From Okamejei kenojei (taxonomy: Eukaryota): 64,000 bases of DNA. The stretch lies in assembly GCA_035221665.1 (NCBI GenBank), contig CM069141.1, positions 48,050,001 through 48,114,000 on the forward strand, read 5' to 3'. This document shows positions 36,120 through 49,973 of this stretch, in pieces. The notes under the pieces are model-generated. The model had not been told where the DNA came from. It saw only the letters and a program-made list of their open reading frames with translations, and searched no databases. The position numbers were made by a program, and so were the translations under genes. Positions within the stretch are counted from its first letter, which is position 1; each line of letters starts with the position of its first letter.

Positions 36120-37400
36120 AATAGGAAAGCGTATTGTAGTCTGATCTGGAGTATTAGGGCAGATGGAATGGATGGCGGGCTAGCCAGTTGTATTGAAGAT
36201 TGGCTTCCTGGAATGTCAAAGGGAAATTGTGTAGGCTGTTTTTAATGTTTGGAGGCTTCAGTCCGTGGTGTGCAGCAGGGGTCGTTGCAGTGTCCACTGT
36301 TGCACAGTTGCTGATCTACAACAGCGATATGGAAGAACATTGACTTTATAATGTTAATAAGTTTACAGATGACACCAAAGGTGGTGGTATAGCAAAGAAT
36401 GAGGAAGGAGTTTCCATATATACAACTGCTCCCTAGATCATTTAGGCTGTGGGTAAGGTTTGGCAAATCGAACTTAATACAGACAAGTGTGAGGTGCTGC
36501 ACTTTGGTTTGTTAAACTGGGGAGGACTTGCACAGTAAATGACAAAGCCCCGGAGCATGTTACAGAACAGAGAAAACTGAGTACAAGTGCACGGTTCCCT
36601 AAAAGTAGCAAGTCAGATAGACGGTGTAGTGAAGACGACTTTTCCCACGCTTGCCTTCTCTGGGAAGGGCATTGAATTTTAGACGTTGGGACATCATGAT
36701 GCAACTGTAGAAGTCCTTGCTGAGACCACAGTTGGACTACTATGTACAGCTTTGATCGCCCATCAGCAGCACCCTAACGTTAGGTTGGATAGGGTGCACA
36801 GGAAATTTACCAGTGCGTTGCCTGGTCTTCTGCACGTGAGTTATAGGGTGTGGCTCAGCGGGTCGGGCAACATCTCTGGAGAAAAGGAATGGGTGACGTT
36901 GCGCGTCAAGACCTTTCGTCTCTATCTTTGGTGACAATCAGCATCTGCAGTTCCTTTCTACACAGTTATAGGGCGGGGTTGCAATGGCTCTGACTTTGTT
37001 TCCGTGGACCATATAAGGCTGAGTGGTGACTTATTGAATTGTACAAGATCATAAGGGCCATGAATCAAGTGAATGCTCACAGTCGTTTTCATAGGGCGAA
37101 GGATTCTGATACGAAGAGGCAGAGGCTTCAGGCGATAGGAAAGAGATTTTTTAAGGGAGTTCAGGTCATCTTTTTCATTGAGCGGGCAGTCCGTATCTGA
37201 AATGAGTTTGAAGCTGAAGCTATAGAAGCGGATATAATTACGACTTTTAAAAGACAGGCGAAGAGATATATGGTTAGGAAGGATTTAGAATGTCATGTGC
37301 CAAGCGCCAAATGCAGGCAGATGGGTATCACCCAGGATGTCAACTTGGTCGGCAGTGGACAAGGTGGGCTGTGGGGCCCTTTTCATGTGACACTCTTGAG
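36120..37400 (+). mobile_element. Old degenerate CR1 ORF2 3' part
   Basis: ggtgtgcagcaggggtcg (GVxQGS), aagtttacagatgacaccaaa (KFxDDTK), ggctgagtggtgacttattgaattgtacaagatc (LxGDLIExYKI). Confidence 0.75.
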
Positions 37401-37414
37401 TCATTCTAAGACAA

Positions 37415-38132
37415 TTATAATGTGTGTGTTATAATGTTTCTTAGTATGTCTTATGTGGGGAGTGGTGGTGGAGGAATAGGGGGAATCCGTTTTTCAGTCA
37501 CTTATATGGACGGAGATGCGTCTTTTCTTGGTGTCGCATCTTCTCCCCCCTCGCGGCCTACCAACTGGATTTACGCGACCTTTCCGACCGGAGACTTCAG
37601 CAGCAGGTGCAGGGCGGAATTACCATCGCGGAGCCTGGGATCCTTGTCGAGCATCGCCAGTGTTGGAGTTCCGGAGTATTGGGCCTGCTGACTTTAACAT
37701 CGCGGAGCCTGAGATCTTTTGCCGAGGATCGCCAGAGTTGGAGTTCCATCCAGCGTGGCCTGTGGACTTCGGAAACCGCAGTCTCCTGTAAGAAGCGGCC
37801 GATTCTTGTATTCTAAACCGCAGAGTGTTCCGATCCGTCCCTACGTCGGAGTTCCGATCATCCCGGAGAGAGGGTCTGTACATCGGGCCGCCCGTAGCGG
37901 CGACTGAGGAGGGTTCTAGGCCCCGACCACGGGTGAACAAATGGAGGAAGAGTGACTAAACTTTATTGCCTACCATCACAGTGAGAAATGTTGAATCCAC
38001 TGCGGTGGGTGTTTATGTTAAATTCTATTGTGTATTGTGTTCTTTTTATTATTATGGCTGCATGGTAACTCAAATTTCACTGTACCAATTGGTGCATGTA
38101 ACAATAAATGTGAATTTGAACATGAACTTGAA
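37415..38132 (+). mobile_element. GC-rich non-autonomous retroposon with a LINE-like 3' tail (unclassified)
   Basis: CpG-rich body with internal repeats (catcgcggagcctg twice). Ends atttcactgtaccaattggtgcatgtaacaataaa followed by (TTGAAC)-like repeats; a similar tail occurs alone at ~63808-63870. Confidence 0.55.
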
Positions 38133-38977
38133 ATACTCTCTTCTTGAAAGAAAACATGTAATTCCGTAATATACAGTTTGTTCCCTGAATTCCCTTCAAA
38201 GAAAGAAGCTTGAATATAGGGATTTGGAATTACGAAAAATATGATGAATGATTAAAAAAAGTTAAAATATATAATTTTGATAAGTAAAAGAACATCCCTT
38301 TAATCGCGAATATTTGATTTTTATTTGCTATAAATTGAAAACTGAAATCGCCTAATGGTACATAAAGAGAGGTACACAAACTTGCTTATATACTGGCTGT
38401 CGAGTGAAAGTAGTGGTTTTCTGCAAATAACTGCGTGAATTCGATTATTAATATCTCCAACAAATTGCTTTATAGAGTTAGATTTCATTTTCCACAGATG
38501 CTGCTGAACCTGCCGAGTTTTTCCAGCAGTTTTGCAGCGTTTTCGAGACATCCCATGCCCTTCGCGTTTTCACAAGTGTGGTTTGCTCATTTGTGTACAT
38601 CGTCTGAATAAGGCTCTGTTCCGAAACTAAGCTTCTCTGTAAAATTAAGTGATAATTTCTTCTTGAATACAAGGGGTAATTTTGACTTCCAGTTCAACAA
38701 GCTAATGGTAGTTGCAATTTCAGAAAGGAATAATGCGTCTGTACCATTACTAGAATTGAATCATGTAGCCCGATGATATTCCTAACATTTATCTTTTCCC
38801 ATCATAACCCCTTTCTTCATTCTTGGCTTTGAATTTAATTAATAGAATATAGCTTCACAATACACTGATCGTTCAAACAGTCACCAGAAGGCAAAATAAA
38901 TATCTGCACCTCCGAAAGACATTTTATCTGTGCAACAATAAATACAACAATATTCTGTGTTATGTTTAGTACGTCTA

Positions 38978-39330
38978 GCTTTAAGAAACATGCAGAATCC
39001 CGATTGGTCGAATATCAATGAGTTTCTCCACCAATGAGGAGCCGAGGTGTGATTAGTGATCTGGACAGCCCCCTTCAAGACGCGGCCGCCATCACGTAAA
39101 ATCAGACACAGTGAGAGCTGGATAGCGAGCAGCTCCGTAGGATTTTTGCAGGAATCCTCTCGCAAATGTGGAGGAGATTGCGAGCGATTGAATGAAATAA
39201 TTGGAGAGATTCGCAAGAGGTACGGATGTATTCTGTGTTGTTTTGGTTCTATTTAACACCGACCTATCGTTGAAAGGACAATAGATAATACTGCCTGGTT
39301 TTAAAGGCATTGGAATGACTTCTACTGGAA
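38978..39330 (+). promoter_or_regulatory. Conserved promoter cassette for V6
   Basis: GCTTTAAGAAA 38978, ATTGG 39003, CCAAT 39031, GTGATCTGGACAGCCCCC 39056, GCCGCCATC 39085. Confidence 0.75.
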
Positions 39331-41789
39331 ATGAGATATACATTATATTGGTTGATAAAATGCCAATTGATGTTCTGTGCGTTTGCCCCGTGGAATTTTG
39401 TGTACGGGCAAATTCGTTATTCTGTTCCTGAAGAACTGCAACATGGAGCCTTTGTTGGGAAAATCGCTGTCGATTTAGGTTTAGATGTAAAGCAGCTGGC
39501 GGCTCGCAGTTTCCGGGTAGCGCCCAGTCCAAGGAAACAATATTTCGACGTAAATTTGACAAGTGGTATTTTATTTGTGAAGGAAATAATTGACAGAGAA
39601 CTGCTTTGTGGGTCGAAACCCGGACTGCCGTTTACCCTTGGATGTTGTGATTGAAAACCCCTTGAGCCTCTACCAAGTGGATGTGGAGATTCTCGATGTA
39701 AATGACAATGCCCCCAGTTTCCCTAAAAGCCAGTTTCGCCTTGAAATTACAGAATTTACAGCACCGGGGTTGCGATTTCCTCTTGAACCCGCACACGATC
39801 CCGATATTGGCACGAACTCTTTGCAAACCTACCAGCTCCAACCAAATGACTACTTTACTCTCGACGTACAAATGGGCAGCGGGAAGGACAAGTGGCCGGT
39901 GCTGTTGTTAGAGAAGCCTTTGGACCGAGAAATAACGTCAGTACATCGTTTAATGTTAACAGCTAAGGACGGCGGTTTGCCTTCGAGATCTGCAACCGTT
40001 CCGATTATAATCACAGTGAAGGATCTTAATGACAACGCGCCTGCTTTCTCTCAGTCGGATTACAAAGTCAGCCTGTTGGAGTCTGCACCTGCAGGGACCC
40101 TAATCCTTACGTTGAACGCCACTGACCCGGACGATGGCCTCAATGGAGAGATAGTGTATTCTTTCGGTAGCCACGTTTCCGCTGTTGCCCGCAGACTTGT
40201 TGATGTGAATTCCAAAACTGGTGAAATCAGACTCAAAGGGATTTTGGATTATGAAAAAAGCAATGTCTTTGAGGTTAGCATGCAGGCGATGGATAAGGGT
40301 CCCGGCGCTATCCCCGTGTATTGTCACGTATTGGTCGAAATTGTCGATGTGAACGATAACGCGCCGGAGATTACGTTACGGTCTTTCTCAAAGACAGTGT
40401 CGGAAGACGCTCCACTTGGGAACTGTAGTGGCACTATTCAGTGCAGAAGACCACGATTCGGGACAGAACGGCGAGGTGCAATGCCACGTTTCAAATCAAC
40501 TCCCCTTGAAGCTGGATTCATCTATCAAGAACTATTACAGAATTATTGTACAACACCCATTGGACCGGGAGACTGTCCCCAAGTACGACATCACTATAAT
40601 ATGCACGGATGCGGGCCACCCTACTCTTACCTCGCAGAAAACCATCCGGGTAGAGGTTTCAGATGTAAATGACAATTCGCCAAGGTTTTCTCGACCGATG
40701 TACACGGCAAATATTCAGGAAAACAATGTTATTGGGGCTTCTATATTTTCTGTGACGGCCTTCGATCCAGATGTAGAAGAAAATGCCCGACTGAACTTCT
40801 CTATCCTGGAGTCAGAGATTCAGAATTCTTCAATAGCCTCTTACGTCTCAATTAATTCCGAGAGTGGTATTATATATGCTCGGAGAACGTTTGACTATGA
40901 ACAATTGAAAGGCTTTCAGATACAGGTTCAAGTGCAGGACTCTGGTGCGCTCACGAGTAATGCTTCAGTGAATGTTGTTATCCTTGATCAGAATGACAAT
41001 GCTCCAGTGATTTTACATCCTTCTCCAGAATATGGTTCAACAGCGATAGAAACAATATCCAGATTTGCACAACCAGGATACTTGGTTGTCAAAGTTTCAG
41101 CCACTGATGCAGATTCTGGACAGAATGCTCATCTCTCTTATCAGATTTTTCAGGCTACTCATCACAATCTTTTCACCGTTTCCGCAGACACAGGTGAGGT
41201 TTGGACTATACGTCCAATTTTGAACAAGGATGCGTCTCAACAAAGGTTGGTGGTTGTTGTAAAAGATAATGGAATTCCATCACTCTCTGCCACTGTGACT
41301 ATAGTATTATCAGTGATTGGGACTGACATTGAAACGTTCCCCAGTGTCAACAGTTCGTCTTTAGATCCAAGTTTCGTCCCTGAACTGAGCTTTTCATTGG
41401 TTATCGCTTTGGGAATAATATCTGTCATTTTTCTCATTATTTTAGTCATCCTCGCTGTTAAAGTTCACAAGAACAGGAATGGTATGGTATACCACGACTG
41501 TCCCCTAGGTAATTGTTGCTGCCTTGAATCAAGGAATTCGCTTAATGGGATCCAGAAAGCCAGTAGAAGTCTTCAGATACCACCAAACTATGTTGAGGTA
41601 TTTGGGGGCGATCCCCTTTCCCAAAGTTTCCGCTACGAGTCTTGTTCTACGTTACAGTCAACCAAGAGAGATTTCATCGTCCCCAAAATGTGCAGACCCC
41701 CAAAAGACAAGAACATTCTGCTGACCGAATCTTTTATGGGAAGAGAAAATATTGCAGTGGCGAATTCTGTAAAATACAATGTTCCAGAG
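39331..41789 (+). CDS. Clustered protocadherin variable exon V6 (subtype A) with two +1 frameshifts (assembly error or recent pseudogene)
   Basis: ORFs 39331-39654, 39590-40672 and 40416-41801 join into a full-length paralog if one A is removed at 39616-39618 and one base at 40418-40422. Donor GAG|GTGAGA at 41789/41790. Confidence 0.88.
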
Positions 41790-42486
41790 GTGAGACAATA
41801 GTAAATCGAGAATGAAACTTTTGCGAGTTTTGTTTCAAAGTACACGTGATTTGGTAAAACCAAGCTATTAACATATGCAGGATAAAAATGAGCCTAAACA
41901 AACATTTTGTTTGCTGTCCTAATTCTATTTTAAGTCCACGTTTTTTCCCTCGTGGTGACATGTCTGACGAATTATATCTAATTTTAATATATTAACAAAG
42001 AGTTTTTAATCAGTGTTCTCGATGTCATTTTGAGAGGCATTTTACTTTTTTTTCTTTCTAATACACGTATTTCTCGTTCAATTGGTAATACATTCGTTTT
42101 TGAAGCCCAAGCAGACCTTTAAGCAGAGGTGAGAGTTACAATTCTTCCAATCTAATGCAATGCCTTCTGCGCTCACGATGTGGTGTCCTCTTCCGCGAGA
42201 AATACACGCGTAGATTGAGTGCATAATTGATAAGTAAGGGTGTCAGATTTTATGAGGAGAAGGCATGTGAATGGGGTTAGGAGGGAGAGATAGATCAGCC
42301 ATGGTTAAATAGCGGAGTAGACTTGATGGGCCGAATGTCCTAATTCTCTTACGGCAATTCTGCCATGCGCTTCCTTGGAGTACCCTGAGCGTCCATTCGC
42401 TGTTCGTTTGACATCTACACTCCACTCCCACTTTGAAGCGACCTTTAAACTCTTCCAATGCAACTTGGCATACAGTTGAGACCCAG

Positions 42487-43086
42487 CATAGAAACATAAA
42501 AATATAGAACATAGGTTCAGGAGTAGGCCATTCGGCCCTTCGAGCCTGCACCGCCACTCAATATGATCGTGGCTGATCATCCAACTCAGTATCCTGTACC
42601 TGCCTTCTCTCCATACCCCCTGATCCCTTTAGCCACAAGGGCCACATCTAACTCCCTCTTAAATATAGCCAATGAACTGGCCTCAACTACTTTCTGTGTT
42701 CAGAGAATTCCACAGATTCAGCACTCTCTATGTGAAAACAATATATATAATCTCGGTCCTAAATGACTTCCCCCTTATTCTTAAACTGCGACCCCTTGTT
42801 CTGGACTTCCCCAACATCGGGAACAATCTTCTTGCATCTATCCTGTCCAATCCCTTAAGAATGTTATAAGTTTCTATAAGATCTCCCCTGGATCTTCTAA
42901 ATACCAGCTAGTACAAGCCGAGTCTATCCAGTCTTTCTTCATATGAAAGTCCTGCCATCCCAGGAATCAGTCTGGCGAACCTTCTCTGAACTCCCTCTAT
43001 GGCAAGAATGTCTTTCCTCAGATTAGGAGACCAAAACTGTACGCAATACTCCAGGTGTGGTCTCACCAATGCCCTGTACAACTGCT
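42487..43086 (-). mobile_element. CR1 LINE 3' fragment
   Basis: [35 protein letters not shown]; catagaaacata tail. Confidence 0.92.
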
Positions 43087-43479
43087 TCTCAGCTCCCATC
43101 CAGGCACATCCCAGCCCTCCGGATTTCAACAAGGAATTCAACTATTTCACACAGCTATCTGTTCCCTTTCATATTAAAACTGACCTATTTTAATATGTGG
43201 AGACCTACCTGTAACAACTATTTGATACGTCTGTCTCCACATATGCTGATTAATTTGCCGAGTATTTCTGCCCGACACATATTAGGTATATTCTGGACGT
43301 CACCATTCCAGCTTAACCCTCCACCTCCCCCACCCTCTAACTACGTGCATTTACTTGCCTCCGTTTATACTTCTCCATACGTCACTTTGGAGGCAGCGCA
43401 AATATGTATCTCGCCTAAATCATCTCGAGTACCATTCAACTACTTGCACATGTCCTTTACTCCCACATACCCATCACAT

Positions 43480-44205
43480 GTCCCAACACTCCCAAAAGAT
43501 TAAAACGGTTATCCATGCCGAAGTGTGCCCAAGATTCTCCGGACTCTGTTTTACATGGTTTACAACTCGTTCAGGGCAAACGTACACAACAAAAGTATAT
43601 CGGCATGCGTTATTGCACGATTTGAGAAGTTTTGTACATTCGAGGATGTTGTTTTTTAGAACAGATGGTGCTCGGAGAATTGTGTCTTCTCTGGAAGTAG
43701 AGCGTTTGCATTATTTCGAGAAAAACCAGAGAAGACTTCTACGGTGAATATACTCAGCAGTATTTTCAGAATTGAAATTTAAAAATAAAAGATTAAATGT
43801 CTCCAAACTACAATCGTTTTGGGGAACTGGCTGTGCACAGATTGGCTGCAATATAACAATATGCCTGTTATAGCAATATAACAATATGCCTGTTATAGCG
43901 GTAATACAGATCTTTATCGGAAATTGCAAAAGGGATGTTCCACTGGAGTGTCAAAATGCAAGGACATTTTGACAGGAGTGGCTTTGAGTTACGTTGAATT
44001 GCGTGGAGTTGTCTCCATCCTAAGCGTTTATATGCTCATTTAGAGAAGTTCTGTAAATAAACATATAAGATCAGAATAGTTGCCTTTGGCAACAATTCAC
44101 TTCCAGTCTACTTCAATGTAACACTTAAGTATGCGGAAAAAAACTTAGTTTGAGATTATGCCAAATTGAGAAACGATTTTATTTCACCCTTCTTGAGCAA
44201 TGGGT
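43480..44205 (+). pseudogene. Very decayed subtype-B variable exon remnant ('ghost' G2)
   Basis: tcaaaatgc (43951), tacgttga (43990; YVELRG), gaaaaaaact (~44136) and aatgggtg (~44199) are colinear with the 3' end of V7/V8. The spacer block that follows V7, V8 and V9 starts right after, at ~44250. Confidence 0.5.
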
Positions 44206-44650
44206 GTCCTAACGTTTTTTTAATGTTGCCAATCGATAATTACTTAATTGGAATGTTGTACTGAGGGGCTCTCCGGTCCCGCCAGGATCGAATGATAACT
44301 GCACACTTACCATAATGTATCGGAGTGAGTTCAAGGGTTTAGACTGGGTTAATATCAAAGTACAATGGTATATTCAAGCTTGATGATGCGACAAGTTATG
44401 TGGTGCTGTCAATGCGCTGTTGCTGTTATATTTTAGGAATCAGAAAGTGAGGCTTAGGAAATGTTTCTGAAGAAATACCAGTGATTGATAGTAGCACATT
44501 CCATAGCATATTGCATGAATATCAAACGTAGTTTGGGTAATGTGAATTAATCTGTAAGCTTAAATCTGGAGAATATTGAACTTTCTGGGAGTTATTGGTG
44601 GTACCCATCCAGCCAAATAGACAGTTTTTCACCGAAGCTCTGATTACCTA

Positions 44651-45179
44651 TGTCAGATACGCTTTGTGCTCACAATTAATGCTCAAAGACTAAATCTTGG
44701 AAGCATGAGTTCTTTATTCCTCTCGACTCTGCAGACCCGGGTGCCTCTCCAAATCGAGACACACCGAAGCCAACAAAGTATCCCCCTTTATACACAGAAT
44801 GGACCCTGCACAATCTGTAGGGCATGCATGTTCAACATGTTCATGGTAATGAGCAGTCTTGACCAGGGGTTGCGTTGCTCATGACCTACCCTAGTTTTAC
44901 TCACCTCCTAGTGAACCCTCTCAGTTTTCCTATATCAGTACTAAAGCTAAGCTATAGTGACAAGGGTCCCATCTATCACTCCCTTCCACTGATAGGGATC
45001 TCTCTACATCACTCCCTTCTACTGCTATACAATGCTATTACTTCTTACTCAAGGACTTAAGGATGGGTCTGGCAACCTTCAGACACAGCTGTGTCAGAAT
45101 CCTCTCTCCAGCCCCTCTCAGTTCGGATTCTCTTTAAAACTCCTTACTTTAATTGGGTTTAATCACTTTATCCCTCACA
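44651..45179 (-). mobile_element. Solo LTR (529 bp) with 4-bp TSD
   Basis: TG...CA termini (TGTCAGATA / TATCCCTCACA) with TSD CCTA at 44647-44650 and 45180-45183. Absent from the paralogous spacers (e.g. ~50425). Minus-strand TATAAA (44792-44787) is followed by AATAAA (44718-44713). Confidence 0.8.
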
Positions 45180-47185
45180 CCTATTTCTTAGTTGTGGGAA
45201 GTATATGGGATGCCAATGGAAACACATGCGGTGTGTAGTCGCAGCAAAAGTATGCATGTGGCCGGTCCAAAATGTTTCTGACTAAAAAGGGGACATAGAT
45301 TAATAAGGCATAGTGTTTTTTTGCGATGTTATTTCCTTATGCACATGCATTTCTTGGTTGATCAGATTTGAGTGAGATTATAAAGAAGAATCCGTGCGAT
45401 AGCCAGTGCGTTCTGTGGTGGTCTGGACGAACATTTAGGGCATTTTATATACTGGTGATTAAGTTGATAGCCTTGCCATGAATGATGTTGAGCATTCCAT
45501 CTATTGTTGCAGTTGCATATCGAGGCATTTGGAAAATATCCGAATCAAAGTACTGCTTAAAATTTCTAGGTGGCAGAAGACTAGGGAACCTCATCATCAC
45601 CTGGCAACACAATGACAGGTATGCCTGTCATAACCAAATCATTTATGTTGCTAATTTATGGTCAAAACCATGTCAATATGATATGAATTCAATAATGGCT
45701 GTGTGATGTACTTTGAATAGCAGTAGTTATCATACATTTAACTGGGAATAGCTGATGTATACCAATTGTCTAATACGTGAAGCGCTACCTCAGTGCATCA
45801 TCATTGTCTATGAACTGGCTTAGATGGGGTACCTTGATCGGCATGGACGAGTTGGGTTGAAGGCTATGCTTCTGCACTGTATGACTCTAGGACTTTGTCC
45901 ATATGGTTACAAACCGCTTCGGTATTCAATCAATATTGATACTAATCGATATTGCGTGAGCATCAGCAAACCTTCCCGCATGTAACATTGCATTTGGAGT
46001 TTAACATTTGTCTGACTTTGGAAAATCTATAGCGTTGTGATGAATTATTGCCGTGATGCTGTGAATTTAGAACTAGCAGTTTTCACTGTTAACTTTATCC
46101 TGTTTTGTATCTTGGATGCAGATATTTTAGGCAAGGTCAATGTTCTATCCATCTCTAATTGCCCTTGAAAAAGTGGTGTTGAGACGCCTTCGTGAACCAG
46201 TGCAGTCCTTCTGCTGACGGCTGGGTATCGGATTTCCAAGATTGGTACTAAGGATCAGCGAGGTGTTTGACTAGTGATCACTAGTCAAATTTAGAACATT
46301 TAGCAAAAATGAAACCAGATACCTGGAGAAACATTTGCTTTTGAACTTGGGCAGTTGCAAGGTATAAATTACTTCTAGGACTTGTTCAGGGGCATTGCTT
46401 GCAGATTTCATCTCATAATCAGGACTTGGAGATATTAACTGCAGGCACGATAGCAGTTACATTTTAAGCAAAGGCAACTACGTTTGGAAAGCGTTTACGT
46501 GCAGCCTATAAAAATAAAAATAAACTATTAATAAAATAAAAGTGACTCTGTTATTTATTGCAGCCACCAGCCAACATAAAAACGATATTTCAGAAACGAC
46601 AGTACTGTTCACAGGTTTGTTTGACAAAGATGAATAAAGAGAACATTCGCTTCGGTGAATCTTTTTTGTAAGATTTGACGACACAGAAGATTGCAAATGG
46701 TGGAGTCTGGAGCAACAAACTGTCCGCTGTTTGAACTCAGCGGGTCGAGCAACATCTCTGTAGGAATCTCTTTTTGGATATATGTTTTAAGGACACAGAA
46801 GACTACAGATGCTGTAATATGGAACAACAAACAACTCTGTTGATTGAACTCAGTGGGTCGTAGGTCAAAACCCTGCATCAATTATTTTTTCTTGTTCAAA
46901 GGCACAAAGCTAACGTTCTATCAGTAGTAATTAAGAAGTGGCCGTGGTTGTAAAACCATGATGAAGGATAAACAAAATTAGATTCTCAGCAAGATGAGTT
47001 AATTGTTTTTCTTCTGATCACATTCATGATTTTTTTTTCTCCATATTTCATATTTAAGATATTCAATGTATTGTATTTCATGAACATTCAGTACTGGGGG
47101 ATAGTGAGAGCATTGGAAATGCTAGCAGCGATTCCAATTGCGCAGCAATACATATAACAAGTCTGCGCCAAATTAAGCAGTTCCT

Positions 47186-47525
47186 GCTTTAAGAAAATGA
47201 GGTGAATTGTAATTGGACGGCTATGACTGCTAAATTATCCACCAATCAGGAGGTCGGAGGTGACTGGTGATCTGCACAGCCCCTTACAATACCCAGCCGC
47301 CATCGCTTCCGATCAGACGCCGTGAACACTGGACAGTCAGCAGCTCCGGACGGGTTTTGCTCCATTCATTTCGAACTTGATATAAAATCAGAACGGCTAA
47401 ATGAAAATATTGGAACAATTCGGAAAGGAGGTAGAGAGATTTTCTGCGCCGCATTTGTCTCAAATCAAATCGCTGTAGAAAGGCATTGTCTCGGGTTGAA
47501 ATAATTGGAATGATTTCTACTGGAA
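47186..47525 (+). promoter_or_regulatory. Conserved promoter cassette for V7
   Basis: GCTTTAAGAAA 47186, ATTGG 47212, CCAAT 47242, GTGATCTGCACAGCCCC 47267, GCCGCCATC 47296. Confidence 0.75.
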
Positions 47526-49973
47526 ATGAGAGATAATATATATTGGCTGCTCAAATACCGACTATTGTGCTGCTTTTTCTGCCCCTGGGACTTTATTTCT
47601 GGGCAGATTCGATATTCCGTTCCCGAGGAATTGCAACTGGGTGCCTTTGTTGGGAATATCGCCATTGATTTGGGGTTAGATTTAAAGCAGCTCTCGGCTC
47701 GCAGTTTGCGGGTGGCGCCCAGCCCGAGGAAGCGGTATGTTGACGTAAATTTGGCAAAAGGGATTTTATTCGTGATTGAAAGAATTGACAGGGAGCAATT
47801 TTGCGGGCCGAGAACTGAATGCATTTTACTCTTGAACGTCGTGCTTGAAAATCCCCACACTCTTCACCAGGTGGAAGTGGAGATACTCGATGTAAATGAC
47901 AACGCTCCCAGTTTTCCAAAAAGCCAGATCCGCCTTGAAATCTTAGAGAATATGGCACCGGGAGCGCGATTCCCCCTCGAGGCCGCTCACGATCCGGACA
48001 TTGGGACGAACTCCGTGCAGACTTATCAGCTCCTTCCTAATGAGTATTTCATTCTTGATGTACAAGAACGTGGCAGGATAGGAGATTTACCGGTGTTAGT
48101 GCTGCAGAGGACACTGGATAGAGAAACGACATCGACCCATGAGGTAACGCTGCTTGCTGAAGACGGCGGGCTCCCTGTAAGATCGGGAGAGGTTCAGGTA
48201 ATTATCAGAGTAAAGGACGTGAATGACAATCTCCCTGTTTTCTCACAAGCGGTTTACAGTGTCAGTATGACCGAATCGGCTCCAGCGGGAAGTCTGATTA
48301 TTAAGTTAAACGCTACTGACTTAGACGATGGCCCCAATGGAGAGATAACATATACTCTCAGCAGCCATAACACTGCTGACGTTCGTGAATTAGTTGCCAT
48401 GAATTCTCAAACTGGTGAAATCAGACTGAAAGGACATTTGGACTTTGAACAAAGTAAAACATTTATGATTAATGTACAAGCAATCGACAACGGTCCTTAT
48501 GCAATACCTCAACACTGTGATATATTGCTTAATGTTATCGATGTGAATGACAATGCTCCTGAAGTGTCATTGACATCTATGTCCAGTGCAGTGGCAGAAA
48601 ATTCACCAAACGGAACCATTGTCGCTGATATCAGAGCCGAAGATAAGGATTCTGGACAGAACGGGAAAGTACAATGTCAAATTCCGAATAACTTGCCCTT
48701 TAAGATGGAATCCTCCACAGAGAATAATTGGAAACTGCTTGTACAACACGGGCTGGATCGAGAAATTACCTCCAGGTATGACATCAGTGTGACATGCACG
48801 GATGCAGGGGAACCACCCCTCACATCCAAGAAAAATATCCGTGTAGATGTTTCAGATGTAAATGATAACGCACCGAGGTTTCGGCAGGCTGCATACACGG
48901 CAAATGTCATGGAGAATAACGTTATTGGGGATTCCATATTCTCTCTCACAGCCTATGATCCAGACACGAGACAAAACGCCCGATTAAACTTTACTATCCT
49001 GAATTCAGTCGTGGCCTCGTATGTCTCCATTAACGCACAAAGTGGAGTAATTTGTTCTCAGAAATCGTTTGACTACGAACAATTGAAACATTTCCAAATC
49101 CATGTAATGGTGCTAGATTCTGGAGTCCCACCATTATCCAGTAACGTTACTGTGGACGTTGTTATCCTCGATCAAAACGATAACGCGCCAGTGATCGTGA
49201 ATCCTTTGCCCGAACATGGGTCAACTGTAATGGAGACAATATCGAGGTTTGCAGAACCTGGATACCTAGTTGCCAAGGTTTCCGCTTCTGACGCCGACTC
49301 CGGACAGAATGCCCGTCTGACTTACCACGTATTTCAGGCCACCCACCGTAATCTTTTTACTATTTCAGAGGACACTGGGGAAATTTGGACCATCCGTGGT
49401 ATTGAGACAAAGGATGCATCTAAACAATTGCTGGTTATTGTTGTAAAAGATAATGGAATCCCATCGCTTTCAGCCACAGTGACCATTGTACTGGCAGTAA
49501 AAGGAAGCGACATGATTTCCAGTGCCACCAGTCTACCTAAAGATCACGTCTTCTCTCCAGATTTGAACCTTTCCTTGGTCATAGCCTTAGGGACGACATC
49601 CATTATTTTCCTCGTGATTTTAATTATTCTTGCTGTTAAGGTTCATAAAAACAGAAACTATGTACGACACCAATATAATTCTCTGAACATCTGCTGCTGT
49701 TTGGAATCAAGGAGTTCTGTGAATGGGATTCAAAAGGCCAGCAGAAGTCTTCAGGTACCACCGAACTACGTTGAGGTATTCGGGGGTGATCCGCTTTCGC
49801 AGAGTTACCGTTACGAGTCTTGTTCAACATTGCAGTCCGTGAAGAGAGATTTCAGGACCCCTCAAACCTGTGGGCTATCTACAGCAATGAAATATACCCA
49901 GAAAAAAACTATTGGGAAAGAGAACCCAGGAATGATAAGTTCTGAAAAGTCCAACTGCCGTGTGAATAACGAG
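47526..49973 (+). CDS. Clustered protocadherin variable exon V7 (subtype B), intact
   Basis: 827-aa ORF with six cadherin repeats, TM and cytoplasmic motif. Donor GAG|GTGAGT at 49973/49974; read-through stop at 50009. Confidence 0.96.
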
